Positions 38,070 through 48,277 of a stretch of 64,000 nt of DNA are shown one piece after another (within the stretch, counting starts at the first letter, position 1; each line of letters starts with the position of its first letter). The position numbers and the translations under genes were made by a program. Under the pieces are notes generated by a model. The model saw only the letters and a program-made list of their open reading frames with translations, was not told where the DNA came from and ran no database searches. The stretch comes from Pseudomonadota bacterium (GTDB taxonomy: Bacteria > Pseudomonadota > Alphaproteobacteria > Rickettsiales > UBA3002), in NCBI GenBank assembly GCA_963205305.1, contig CAUJIC010000021.1, positions 1,527 through 65,526 of the forward strand. Direction: 5' to 3'.

Positions 38070-39352
38070 GTCACGCGAGAAACATCATCCGCCGGAAAAC
38101 GGGTCACGGCAATGCAGGCAATCAACATCACCACGTTACGCAGCGTCCAGATAACAGAGAGGTAGAGAACCGCCGTATAAATATCGAGGCTGGCGAAATG
38201 AAGCCATGCCACCGCGACCATTAAAATCGCCGTAAATAGCTCTAAGTAAAATTGTAGTTTTAAGCGCCGCGTCACACGGAAAACCGAGCTAACCCCAATC
38301 AATGCAAACGAACCAACATAGGAGATGCTAAGTAAGCCCGCAATGTGTCCTGCAGGTCCCCAGATAGGCCCGAAAATAAATCTAAAAATTTCTTCCCCAA
38401 AAAAGAAAATAGGGCTCATCAGCGCCAAGCCAACTAGCAGATAAATACTTGTGGTGCGGCCTACGTCTTTCATCAACTGCATTGGGTTGCTGTGCGCTAC
38501 CTCAATAAAATGGCGATAAAGCACAGGCGCAGTTGCCAATGCCACAAGGCTAACAGGCATGTTGAGAATCGAGATGGCAAGGATATATTGTCCTCCCACA
38601 TCGTTCGCAAAAAACTTCACCATCAACAACTGAATAGCCAACATAGCCAACATTTGGGATTGTTGCGAGGCCGTGTTAAACACTACAAAATCCATATATT
38701 GTCTTAGTACCCGCAGCGGATTTACGTGGAGTTTGAGCCGCGAGCGCCACTCTGGCAGGCGCTCTTTCACGGTCATTTTTGCAACCGTGTAGGCCGTGGC
38801 AAGGTGCCCCACAGCCACTGAAAATAAAATGAATGCGGGGTGACCACCCGAGAGAATGCCAAACGCCACTGCCCCACTGCGCGCCGTCGCGGGCTCCACA
38901 ATCTGGCCAAGCGACAAGCTGTTAAAATCCGCACATTCGGTGGCCACGCTCACCATCATCTGGCGAATGCCGAAGGTTGCCACCAGTACGGGTAACAGCG
39001 CCATGGTGGCCACGCCATAATCGAATATATCGAGCACCGACATTGCCACAGCCGCGATGGCCGAAAGCACCACCAATACGATCAGTATGGCCAACATGGC
39101 CTGCACCAGCTCGGCGCGCTTGGCTGTGTCGCGCTCCTGCGGATAAACATTGGGCAGCGACAACATACCCACGCCAATCACGGCAATGGCGATACTATGA
39201 ACCACCCCAAACGCACTGTAAGCGGCTGGATCATAAAGGCGCGTCATCAGCGGCGTGGTTACCATCATGATGCCAAACTGCACGCCGCTTGAGCTGACGG
39301 ACTTAACAATATCTGAAAAAAACTTCGGCAGTGTCTGCATGCTTTCCTTCAC
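38066..39352 (-). CDS. wzx: Oligosaccharide flippase (Wzx / MOP superfamily)
   Basis: 428 aa with about 12 TM helices. N-terminus has the pattern typical of polysaccharide biosynthesis (Wzx) proteins. Confidence 0.7.
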   Translation of the reverse strand: MKESMQTLPKFFSDIVKSVSSSGVQFGIMMVTTPLMTRLYDPAAYSAFGVVHSIAIAVIGVGMLSLPNVYPQERDTAKRAELVQAMLAILIVLVVLSAIAAVAMSVLDIFDYGVATMALLPVLVATFGIRQMMVSVATECADFNSLSLGQIVEPATARSGAVAFGILSGGHPAFILFSVAVGHLATAYTVAKMTVKERLPEWRSRLKLHVNPLRVLRQYMDFVVFNTASQQSQMLAMLAIQLLMVKFFANDVGGQYILAISILNMPVSLVALATAPVLYRHFIEVAHSNPMQLMKDVGRTTSIYLLVGLALMSPIFFFGEEIFRFIFGPIWGPAGHIAGLLSISYVGSFALIGVSSVFRVTRRLKLQFYLELFTAILMVAVAWLHFASLDIYTAVLYLSVIWTLRNVVMLIACIAVTRFPADDVSRVT

Positions 39353-39402
39353 TATCCGTTTTTGTTACGCTATTTGAAATGGCCTGTCACTGAAATGAAC
39401 AC

Positions 39403-40236
39403 ATGAAAAACGAAAATATAGACCTAAAAACCGTTAACTCTTTTGGCGAAGAATGGTCGCGCTTCGACCAATCCGAGGCGCCCGAAGCAGAGTTGCGCCG
39501 TTTTTTTGATGAGTATTTCTACGTTTTTCCATGGGATAAACTCCCTGAAAAGCCACACGGGTTCGATATGGGCTGTGGCTCGGGTCGTTGGGCAAATTTT
39601 GTCGCCCCGCGTGTGGATAAATTGCACTGTATCGACCCCTCCGAACAAGCGCTCGCGGTCGCGCGTAAAAATTTGAGCACTCACGCCAATGTCGAGCTGC
39701 ACCACGCCTCGGTCGATACCGTCCCGTTACCCACCGCCAGTCTCGATTTTGGCTATTCCTTAGGCGTCCTCCACCACATCCCCGATACACAGGCCGCCCT
39801 TGCCCAATGCGTGCGGCTGCTGAAGCCCAATGCGCCATTTTTGGTCTATCTCTATTACCGCTTCGATAACCGCTCGCCGCTTTTCCGTCTCATTTGGGCA
39901 GCAAGCGATGTGCTGCGTAAAGCCATCAGCAGCCTGCCCCAAACCGCCAAAACCCGCACCACGGATATCCTCGCCGCCCTTGTCTATTGGCCACTGGCGC
40001 GCACCTGTAAATTACTCGAGGCCATGGGGCTTAACGCCAAAAGCATCCCGCTCTATGCCTATCGCAACGCCAGCTTCTATACCATGCGCACCGATAGCCT
40101 CGATCGATTTGGTACACCGCTGGAGCACCGCTTCACACGCGCCGAGATTCAAGCGATGATGGAACAGGCGGGCCTGCGCGATATTACCTTCTCACCTAAC
40201 GCCCCCTATTGGTGCGCTGTGGGGTTCAAAGCATGA
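39403..40236 (+). CDS. Class I SAM-dependent methyltransferase
   Basis: 277 aa. Motif I GFDMGCGSGRW, plus LKPNAPFLVYLY. Confidence 0.75.
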   Translation: MKNENIDLKTVNSFGEEWSRFDQSEAPEAELRRFFDEYFYVFPWDKLPEKPHGFDMGCGSGRWANFVAPRVDKLHCIDPSEQALAVARKNLSTHANVELHHASVDTVPLPTASLDFGYSLGVLHHIPDTQAALAQCVRLLKPNAPFLVYLYYRFDNRSPLFRLIWAASDVLRKAISSLPQTAKTRTTDILAALVYWPLARTCKLLEAMGLNAKSIPLYAYRNASFYTMRTDSLDRFGTPLEHRFTRAEIQAMMEQAGLRDITFSPNAPYWCAVGFKA

Positions 40237-41288
40237 AGCGCGGGCTGGTATTTGCCAAATATGGCACCCGCGCCGCCAGCACCCGCCAGCGCTTTGTGCA
40301 GGCCGAACCGTTCCTCAAACAAGCGGGCATCGAAATCGACATCGCGCCCTTGTTCGATAACGCCTATCTCGACCGCCTGTTTAGCGGCCAAAAGCAATCC
40401 ATGGGTAGCATTGTAGCTGCTTATACTAAACGCATCCAACTATTGCTAACCTCGCACGAGGTTGATTTTATCTGGGTGCATTGCGAGCTGTTCCCCTACC
40501 TGCCGAGCTTTATGGAGCGGCTTGTTTCCATCAGCGGTAAACCCGTGATCTATGATTACGACGACGCGATTTTCCACCAATATGACCAGCACAAAAACCC
40601 CGCCGTGCGCGCAGTGCTTGGCACCAAACTCGCGCCACTCATGCGCCGCGCTAACCTTGCATTTTGCGGCAATGCCTATTTGCGTGCCTACGCCGACCGC
40701 TATTGCGCGCGCACCGAAATTATCCCTACCACAGTCGATATTTCACTCTACCAACCGCGCACCGCCACATCATCCGCACCCATCACCGTGGGGTGGATTG
40801 GCTCACCTTCCACATGGCGCTACTGCGCCGAAATGGCGGATGTGCTGAGCGATTTCGCGCGCGGGCAAAACAGCCACGTCCTCATCGTCGGCGCGCAACA
40901 CGCGGCGGATAGCTCCCTGCCCTTCGAGTTCCGCGATTGGGCCGAAGAGCGTGAGATTGCCGACATTCAGGAAATGGATATTGGCATCATGCCGATTCCT
41001 GACGAGCCATGGGCGCGCGGCAAATGCGGCTACAAACTCATCCAATACATGGCCTGCGGTATTCCCGTTATTGCCTCGCCCGTGGGCGTGAATTCCGAAA
41101 TTGTTGAGCATGGCGTGAACGGCTTTTTAGCCAACACACCCGAGGAATGGCGCACCGCGATTGCTCAACTCGCGAGTGATGCGGATTTACGCATACGCAT
41201 GGGCGCTGCTGGCCGCGCGCGGGTGGAGTCGCATTATTCCATCCAGCAATTTGGCCCGCGCATGGCGGCGCTGATTCACACGCTCTGA
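40233..41288 (+). CDS. Glycosyltransferase family 1/4
   Basis: ATG 40233 overlaps the preceding stop (ATGA). C-terminal motif GKCGYKLIQYMACGIPVIASPVGVNSEIV. Confidence 0.75.
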   Translation: MKRGLVFAKYGTRAASTRQRFVQAEPFLKQAGIEIDIAPLFDNAYLDRLFSGQKQSMGSIVAAYTKRIQLLLTSHEVDFIWVHCELFPYLPSFMERLVSISGKPVIYDYDDAIFHQYDQHKNPAVRAVLGTKLAPLMRRANLAFCGNAYLRAYADRYCARTEIIPTTVDISLYQPRTATSSAPITVGWIGSPSTWRYCAEMADVLSDFARGQNSHVLIVGAQHAADSSLPFEFRDWAEEREIADIQEMDIGIMPIPDEPWARGKCGYKLIQYMACGIPVIASPVGVNSEIVEHGVNGFLANTPEEWRTAIAQLASDADLRIRMGAAGRARVESHYSIQQFGPRMAALIHTL

Positions 41289-43180
41289 GTCTCCAACCAA
41301 CTTTGGAACATCAAGATATTCCATAGCTGGTGTTCACGGTCGCGCTCATGGGTTTGGTGCTGGCGCCACATTTCCTCCACCGCTTGCACATTAAAATACC
41401 CTTCGCGCGCGAGGCGGTCAGGCGCAAGCAGCGCCTCGGCCCACGGCTTCAAATCACCGCGCAGCCACTCGCCAATCGGCACCGCAAAGCCAGCTTTAGG
41501 CCGCTCGATGAGCGATGTGGGAACATAGCGGTCGAGCACTTGGCGCAGCAGCCATTTGCCTTGGCCATCGCGAATTTTCATGTCGAGCGGCAACTGCCAT
41601 GCAAAACCCATCAATTCAGGGTCGGTGAACGGCGTGCGCGTTTCCAAACTTACCGCCATCGCCGCGCGATCCACTTTCGTCAGAATATCACCCGCGAAAT
41701 AGGTCAGCGCATCTTGCATCATCATCCATTCCGCAAAGGGCAAGCCCATGTCATCATTCGCCAGCATTTCCGCCTTCGCGCCCAGTACCAATTCCTCGGG
41801 GTGGTTATGGATGGAGCATAGCCCGCGATAAAATTCCTGCGCCGATGCAGTGCCGATTTTCTCGTAATAATTACCGAGTTTTCGCACCAAGCGCTGCGTG
41901 CGCGAATTGCCCGAAATTTTGCCCGCAAGTGTGTGGTGCGCCACCAGCAACGCCTTGGCCACCAAGCGGCGCAGCGGCAGGGGCAATGCCGAAATCGCTC
42001 GCCACAACGCAGGCCCGCGCAGGTAGCGGTTATAGCCGCCAAACATTTCATCGCCACCATCGCCCGAGAGCGCCACGGTCACATGCCGCCGTGCATATTG
42101 CGCCACCAAAAAGGTAGGTATTTGCGAGGAATCGGCAAATGGCTCATCATAGATATGTGGCAAATTCGGAATCACCGCTGCCGCCTCACGCGGGGTGACA
42201 TACAGCTCGTGGTGATCTGTCCCCAAATGCTGCGCCACGGCTTTCGCATAGGGTGCTTCATCGAACCCCTGCTCATTAAACCCGATGGTAAATGTCTGCA
42301 CTGGGCGCGATGATTGCGCCTGCATCAAGGCCGCAATGGTCGAGGAATCCACACCACCCGAGAGGAAAGCGCCCAGCGGCACGTCTGACATCATGCGTTG
42401 CCCCACCGCATGGCGCATCAGCGCGTCGAGCGCATCGGTCGCATCGCGCACCGTGCCGCCAAAGCGCCTAGCACTTTGCGCGCGTGCCATTTTCTCAAAT
42501 GACCAATAGGGTTTCGCCACGGCGCCGCGCTGCCCCGCGCTGAGCGTAATATAGTGCGCAGGCTCTAGCTTATGAATCCCCTCATAAATACTATGCGGCG
42601 CGGGGATGTAGCTGGTGCGCATGAGCATCGTCAGCGCCTCGCGGTTGATGCTGGGCCTAAACCCCTCCACCGTTCGCAGCGCTTTTAATTCTGAAGTAAA
42701 TACGAACGCATCGCCCACCCAGCCATAATAGACAGGTTTTTCGCCCATACGGTCACGCGCGAGGGTCAGGGTTTTCTCACGCGCATCCCACAGCGCAAAG
42801 GCAAACATGCCGTTCATTTCCTGCAAGGCTTTCTCGATGCCCCATGCCTCAACGGCCGCGAGTAGCACCTGCGTATCCGAATGGCCCTGCCACGGGTAAT
42901 CAAGCCGCGCGCGCAATTCCTGATAATTATAAATCTCGCCATTATAACTCACCACATAGCGGCCGCTGGCCGAAACCATGGGCTGCGCCCCATCGGGAGA
43001 GAGATCAATGATCGATAAGCGGCGGTGGCTAAGGGCTACGCCCGAGGCTTCATCCGCCCAAACTCCGCCCGCATCGGGGCCACGCAGGCGCAATGCATCG
43101 GCCATGCGAGTGGCCTCAGCGTGCAGGGATGCCGCATCTGTTCGCGGATGTGTATGAAAAATACCTGCAATACCACACAT
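41276..43180 (-). CDS. asnB: Asparagine synthase family glutamine amidotransferase (AsnB-like)
   Basis: 634 aa. N-terminal nucleophile MCGIAG and PP-loop SGGVDSS. Confidence 0.88.
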   Translation of the reverse strand: MCGIAGIFHTHPRTDAASLHAEATRMADALRLRGPDAGGVWADEASGVALSHRRLSIIDLSPDGAQPMVSASGRYVVSYNGEIYNYQELRARLDYPWQGHSDTQVLLAAVEAWGIEKALQEMNGMFAFALWDAREKTLTLARDRMGEKPVYYGWVGDAFVFTSELKALRTVEGFRPSINREALTMLMRTSYIPAPHSIYEGIHKLEPAHYITLSAGQRGAVAKPYWSFEKMARAQSARRFGGTVRDATDALDALMRHAVGQRMMSDVPLGAFLSGGVDSSTIAALMQAQSSRPVQTFTIGFNEQGFDEAPYAKAVAQHLGTDHHELYVTPREAAAVIPNLPHIYDEPFADSSQIPTFLVAQYARRHVTVALSGDGGDEMFGGYNRYLRGPALWRAISALPLPLRRLVAKALLVAHHTLAGKISGNSRTQRLVRKLGNYYEKIGTASAQEFYRGLCSIHNHPEELVLGAKAEMLANDDMGLPFAEWMMMQDALTYFAGDILTKVDRAAMAVSLETRTPFTDPELMGFAWQLPLDMKIRDGQGKWLLRQVLDRYVPTSLIERPKAGFAVPIGEWLRGDLKPWAEALLAPDRLAREGYFNVQAVEEMWRQHQTHERDREHQLWNILMFQSWLETQSV

Positions 43181-43245
43181 TTGATTGTCCTACCCTAGTA
43201 CCAACGCTAGGGTGATGCGAGCCGCACAAAAATGCCAGAAAAAGT

Positions 43246-44304
43246 TTGCCGATGACTCCGTATTTCTTATTGCTGCTTCTGCCTTCGGTGTTTGCTTTGT
43301 TCAACACCCATCGCCTGTCGCTTGCGGCATGGTATTTCACGTTTGTCATTTATGTTGCCTTCGTGGGCTTACGTTTTGAGGTAGGCCCCGATTGGATGCA
43401 ATACGGCCTCATTCATACCAGCCTAGCAGATTACGACTTCTTGGAGGTGGCGGCGCAGGCCGAGCCTTTATCCTATCTGCTATTCTGGTCATCGCAGAAC
43501 CTTGGCTTCGATGTTTATTTCAGTAACATCGTTGCAGCCCTCATTGTCATGACAGGCGTCTTCTGTTTCGCGCGGCGCACGGCCAACCCATGGGTAGCAC
43601 TTATTGTAGCCACCCCTTACTTCATCATCGTGATGGGTATGTCAGGCGTGCGGCAAGCCATGGCCGCAGGCATCCTGCTGTTCCTTTTCTCACGCTGGGA
43701 GCGCTATCGGCTCCACACGCGCGTATTCTACATTCTCGTGGCGGCCATGTTTCACACCAGTGCACTCGTGAATAATATTTTCCTCGTCCTCAAAATGAAA
43801 ATCTCCATGCAGTATAAAATCCTGCTTGGTATTGTTGTCCTGCTATTTACCTTCTATCTCAGCAGCTCGGTGCCCATCTATTCCGAGAATATCGTCCGCT
43901 ATCAGCAGCGCTACCTCGAAGGTTCCTTCATGGAAAAATCCTTCGGTTCCATCTACCATATCGCCATGATTGCCGTGCCCGCCGCACTGGGCTTTATCTT
44001 CCGCAAGCGCATTATTTACAATATTCATAGTACTACGTTGCTGCGCTTTGGTCTGTATGCATCGCTTAGCATCGTGATGATTAACTTCGTCTCATCCACC
44101 GTAGCCAGCCGCCTTACGGTTTACCTCTATTTCGTGCCCATGATGGTATATCCAGCGCTTACCACCATTTATGGCAAACGCTCCGAAACAGGCATGATTG
44201 TGGCCATTGTGCTCTTCCACTTCATACTGCTGTTTACGTGGTTCACCCTTGGCAACCATGCCTTTGCCTACATGCCCTACAAAAACCTGCTGTTCGATGA
44301 TTAA
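43246..44304 (+). CDS. EpsG-family membrane protein (candidate repeat-unit polymerase)
   Basis: 352 aa, polytopic. FEVGPDWMQY matches the EpsG G-x-D-x-x-x-Y motif. Visibly lower GC than its neighbours. Confidence 0.6.
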   Translation: MPMTPYFLLLLLPSVFALFNTHRLSLAAWYFTFVIYVAFVGLRFEVGPDWMQYGLIHTSLADYDFLEVAAQAEPLSYLLFWSSQNLGFDVYFSNIVAALIVMTGVFCFARRTANPWVALIVATPYFIIVMGMSGVRQAMAAGILLFLFSRWERYRLHTRVFYILVAAMFHTSALVNNIFLVLKMKISMQYKILLGIVVLLFTFYLSSSVPIYSENIVRYQQRYLEGSFMEKSFGSIYHIAMIAVPAALGFIFRKRIIYNIHSTTLLRFGLYASLSIVMINFVSSTVASRLTVYLYFVPMMVYPALTTIYGKRSETGMIVAIVLFHFILLFTWFTLGNHAFAYMPYKNLLFDD

Positions 44305-45415
44305 GCAGCAACCAGTTCTGATTTCCATCAACACCTCGTGGAATATTTTTCATTTCCGCGCATCACTCATCACCGCCTTACGCAACGCTGGCTACCCCAT
44401 CATCAGCGCCGCGCCCGATGACGCCTATACCAAGCGTTTGCGCGGGCTGGTCGATGCCCACCATCCGTTGCCGATGGATAATGCGGGCACCTCGCCTCTG
44501 CGCGATATGCTGCTGTGTTTTCGCTATTGGCAACTGCTGCGCCGTGTGCGCCCAGCTGCCATGCTGACCTATACCATTAAACCCAACATTTATGGTGCGC
44601 TCGCGGCGCGACTGCTGGGCATCCCCGTCATTGCCAATGTGTCGGGGCTTGGCACGGCCTTCATCCGCACGACATGGCTGACGCGTGTGGTCATGCTGCT
44701 CTACCGCATCGCCTTTGCCCATGTTGCTTGCGTATTTTTTCAAAATGCCGAGGACCGTGATTTGTTCCTCGCGCACAAGCTGGTGGCACCTCATAAAGCA
44801 AAACTTATCGCGGGTTCGGGCATCGATTTGGCGTATTTCAAGCCCGATGGCGCGCCGCTAAATGCCGCAGCACCGCTTGCCTTTGGCCTCATCGCCCGCA
44901 TGGTGTGGGATAAAGGCATTGGCGAGTTTATCGACGCGGCACGCATTGTGAAAGCCACTCACCCGCAGGTTATGTTTCGCCTCATTGGCCCACATGCCGT
45001 CAAAAACCAGACCGCGATTACCGAAGCCACCCTCGCCGCATGGGTAGCCGAAGGGGTGGTGGAATATCTCGGCGAGACCGACGATGTGCGCGCCGCAATT
45101 GCCGCGCAAGATTGCATTGTGCTGCCTTCCTACCGCGAAGGGCTCAGCCGCGTATTGCTCGAAGCCGCGGCGATGGGAAAACCGCTCATCGCAACGGATG
45201 TGGCAGGCTGCCGCCAAGTCGTCGTCACAGGCGAAAATGGCTTCCTGTGCGCTCCACATAACGCACAATCATTGGCCGATGCCATGCTACAATTCATCGC
45301 CCTCGCGCCGGAAGCACGCGCCGCCATGGGCAATGCGAGCCGCCAAAAAGCGGAACGCGAATTCGACGAGAAGCACGTCTTCGCGGCTTACATTGAAGCA
45401 CTTACAGCCATTTAG
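44297..45415 (+). CDS. Glycosyltransferase family 4
   Basis: ATG 44297 overlaps the epsG-like stop. Motifs ARMVWDKGIGEF and PSYREGLSRVLLEAAAMGKPLIATDVAGC. Confidence 0.8.
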   Translation: MIKQQPVLISINTSWNIFHFRASLITALRNAGYPIISAAPDDAYTKRLRGLVDAHHPLPMDNAGTSPLRDMLLCFRYWQLLRRVRPAAMLTYTIKPNIYGALAARLLGIPVIANVSGLGTAFIRTTWLTRVVMLLYRIAFAHVACVFFQNAEDRDLFLAHKLVAPHKAKLIAGSGIDLAYFKPDGAPLNAAAPLAFGLIARMVWDKGIGEFIDAARIVKATHPQVMFRLIGPHAVKNQTAITEATLAAWVAEGVVEYLGETDDVRAAIAAQDCIVLPSYREGLSRVLLEAAAMGKPLIATDVAGCRQVVVTGENGFLCAPHNAQSLADAMLQFIALAPEARAAMGNASRQKAEREFDEKHVFAAYIEALTAI

Positions 45416-46872
45416 TCGCGCTTACGGCTGCGACGCTTACGAATACGCACCCGCCCCGACGAGGATGTTGTACCACGCACCGTGGGGGGCGCAGGCTCCG
45501 AGAATCGCGGATCCGATTGCGAAACGCACACCACCATCAGCGCGATGAACAATGCCGCAATGGCAGGAATTTGCAGTGGAAAATCGACCAGTGAATAAAC
45601 TCCACCAAGTAGCCAGACAGCCAGACCAAGGGTTGGTATAACATAGCGTTCGCGGCGATCGCGCATCCCCCGATAAAGCTGATACCCCACCCAACCAAGT
45701 GCCGCCAGCAAAACCAATAACGCAGGCACACCCATTTCCGCCGCAAATTCAAGATAGCTGTTATGCGCTTTATCAATCATTTCATCCGCCGAAATATCGG
45801 TAGGTCGATAATGTTGGAATGCCGTTGGAAAACTTCCAAATCCCGTGCCAAGCAGGGGGTAATCCGCAATCATGGGCACCACTGCTGCCATGATATCGAG
45901 ACGCGAGTTCGAGCTCACACCATTGGTTTCGAGTTTATGTGTAATAACTTGGCCAAAATTAATGAAACTCCATGTCAACACCACTACCATCACCACCACG
46001 GCGGTGGTCATCATCCATTTCATCATCCGTGATTCCAAATCGGTCTTACGTAGCACCATCAGACAAAAGAATGCCGCTGAAACCAACGAGAAAAGAATCC
46101 CAGCGCGACTGCCCGTCATGAATAAACCCGCCAGCGACACCAGCAGCGCGAACAGTAACCCGCCACCTTTTAGAATCACCGTCATCCGTAATTGGTCGAT
46201 GATGTTGAGGATCATTTTATAAAAGCTTTTGCTCGGCACCTTAAAAAAGCGCACCACCTGCGCCAATGTCACCAACAGCATCATGCCCAAATACGCCGAG
46301 GCAGTATTGGGGTTAACAAACCCATGCGCAAACGAATGCTGCGTCGAAACAGGCACGCCATCGCGGGTGGCGCCAAAAAAGGTAATGGTCAGTGCAATGG
46401 TTCCACTTATCAGCAAAGCTCTGAAAAACAGCCTGCTACTCGATTCGCACGAGCCGACGAACAGTGCGATAGTGAATACAAAACCAAGCAGCATGAATCT
46501 TCCAATTCCTTGGATCCAAGCGCTTTTATCTTGCGCCATCACGGCGCGGGCATCGCCACCCACCGCATTGATTTCATGCCATAACACTGCGCTCGTACCG
46601 CTTGCGGGCAGCATCTGCTGCAAAAGAATGACCCCCAAAAAAAATGCCCCCGCAGCAATGCCGATACGTTTCATCGGCGCGCAAACTCTTCGGCCTGAAC
46701 CGATGGCAAACCATAAAATCGGCAGGTATGCGAGTAATAGGAATGCTACCACCGTATCGACCGCTGCCCCTTTGGCGAGGCATGCTGCAGAAAGCATGAC
46801 GGCAAACGCCATCGACGCCCCCTCCAGCCGAGTAAACGGCATGGTATCACGCTTAATCGTTGGCGAGGCCAT
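45412..46872 (-). CDS. O-antigen ligase/polymerase family membrane protein (Wzy_C domain)
   Basis: 486 aa, polytopic. AHNSYLEFAAEMGVPAL matches the Wzy_C H-N-x-x-L...E-x-G motif. Confidence 0.7.
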   Translation of the reverse strand: MASPTIKRDTMPFTRLEGASMAFAVMLSAACLAKGAAVDTVVAFLLLAYLPILWFAIGSGRRVCAPMKRIGIAAGAFFLGVILLQQMLPASGTSAVLWHEINAVGGDARAVMAQDKSAWIQGIGRFMLLGFVFTIALFVGSCESSSRLFFRALLISGTIALTITFFGATRDGVPVSTQHSFAHGFVNPNTASAYLGMMLLVTLAQVVRFFKVPSKSFYKMILNIIDQLRMTVILKGGGLLFALLVSLAGLFMTGSRAGILFSLVSAAFFCLMVLRKTDLESRMMKWMMTTAVVVMVVVLTWSFINFGQVITHKLETNGVSSNSRLDIMAAVVPMIADYPLLGTGFGSFPTAFQHYRPTDISADEMIDKAHNSYLEFAAEMGVPALLVLLAALGWVGYQLYRGMRDRRERYVIPTLGLAVWLLGGVYSLVDFPLQIPAIAALFIALMVVCVSQSDPRFSEPAPPTVRGTTSSSGRVRIRKRRSRKRD

Positions 46873-48107
46873 TAGTTATTTATCAGCTTGATAAACAGCA
46901 CATCACGCAAGATACCGACCAGTTTCGAGACATCGGCAAATGGATGCTGCGAAACATAAATAACGTCGTCATTACGCAACGGCATTTTTTGAGCAAGGAA
47001 CAAGCCCGTTGGCTCGGTCAGGTCGAAACGATAGACGGTTGGGACTGCTTCCCCCTCTGTCTGATCCTTCAGGTCAACTCCCATATCGACCAACGTATTA
47101 AAGCCTTCACGGCGGAAAATAACCACCATGGCTGGCTGCGCCAGTTCACTGTTCAACCCACCCGCTTTGGCAATCGCATCCGCCAGCATGACACTTTCGG
47201 CCTCGAAGGCAACGCGGCTGTTGTTCTGGGTTGCGCCAAGAACGTTATAATGCCGCTCGTCCTTCTTCACGGCGATAAGATCATTCGGCTGCACAAAAAT
47301 ATTGTTCTCGCTTTGGGTGAGCAGTGTGCTCAAGCGTGCGGTGGCTGAACGGCTGCCACGTTGCAAGGTAACCAATGTATTGTAATCGTTGCTACGCGGC
47401 CCACCCGCCACACTCAACGCATCGAGAATCCGAGTGCCGCCCTGCTCGAGGGTAAAGCGTCCTGGCGAGTTGACATCACCCATCACCGAGAACAGGTTCG
47501 AGGTGCGCTTCACCATCGTCACAATCACCTGCGGCTCAATCGCTTTGTTCATCAAGCGTTGCTGGATATCGGACTGCACATCTACCAAACGGCGGCCCTT
47601 AGCCTTCACAAATCCGCTATTATTATCCTTGCCCGCATAAGGAACACTGATGCGGCCAGCTTGGTCGACTTCCTGATCGGGCAAGGTAACAAAATTGCCC
47701 CCATTATTCGAGCCGCCGGATTGAACGAACAATCCACCACCACCTGCTTCAAAAATGGTCACGCGCACCACATCGCCCACACCCAGCACTGCTTCGGCGG
47801 GCGGGGTACGATCCGTGAACGCCCCTTTGAAATAGTTTAAATCCTCAAGCCCTGAAAGGGTGCGCACAATCTTGCGATCGGCATTGACTAAAACAAATGG
47901 CAAATCTGCTTCCGCCGCTTCGGCGCCGCTAGTGGGTGCAGTGTATTGGGTTTTCGCTTTGCTGAACGAGCGCCCGCTTGGGCCTCCGCTGGGCATCGAG
48001 CCACAACTAGCAAGCAGCGCTGCACTAACCAGCACAGAAAACAACTGGCGGAACTTTGCAGTTCGCACTTTTAAAACCGACCGCCTATGCATTCTGTACG
48101 AGCTCAT
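46872..48107 (-). CDS. Polysaccharide export outer-membrane lipoprotein (Wza/ExoF-like)
   Basis: 411 aa. Lipobox LLASC, a Poly_export-like motif (LGVGDVVRVTIFE) and repeated SLBB-like segments. Confidence 0.7.
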   Translation of the reverse strand: MSSYRMHRRSVLKVRTAKFRQLFSVLVSAALLASCGSMPSGGPSGRSFSKAKTQYTAPTSGAEAAEADLPFVLVNADRKIVRTLSGLEDLNYFKGAFTDRTPPAEAVLGVGDVVRVTIFEAGGGGLFVQSGGSNNGGNFVTLPDQEVDQAGRISVPYAGKDNNSGFVKAKGRRLVDVQSDIQQRLMNKAIEPQVIVTMVKRTSNLFSVMGDVNSPGRFTLEQGGTRILDALSVAGGPRSNDYNTLVTLQRGSRSATARLSTLLTQSENNIFVQPNDLIAVKKDERHYNVLGATQNNSRVAFEAESVMLADAIAKAGGLNSELAQPAMVVIFRREGFNTLVDMGVDLKDQTEGEAVPTVYRFDLTEPTGLFLAQKMPLRNDDVIYVSQHPFADVSKLVGILRDVLFIKLINN

Positions 48108-48277
48108 AGTTACGTGTTACATGCTGATGTGTTGGCGCCATGATTAGCACTCTTATTCTAATACCAGTATATAATGCTAGTAGATTGAATGTATACTCAA
48201 TTTTGCTTGTGGATGACTTGGAACCACGGATTTATTCTTAACAATTATTAGTAATTAGATGTTGGTGGAAATTGCTA

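Noticed and set aside
44198-44296. N-terminal extension of the GT4 ORF
   Set aside because: It overlaps the end of the EpsG-like gene and gives a Cys/Ser-rich peptide. ATG 44297, which overlaps the upstream stop, gives a normal GT4 N-terminus.
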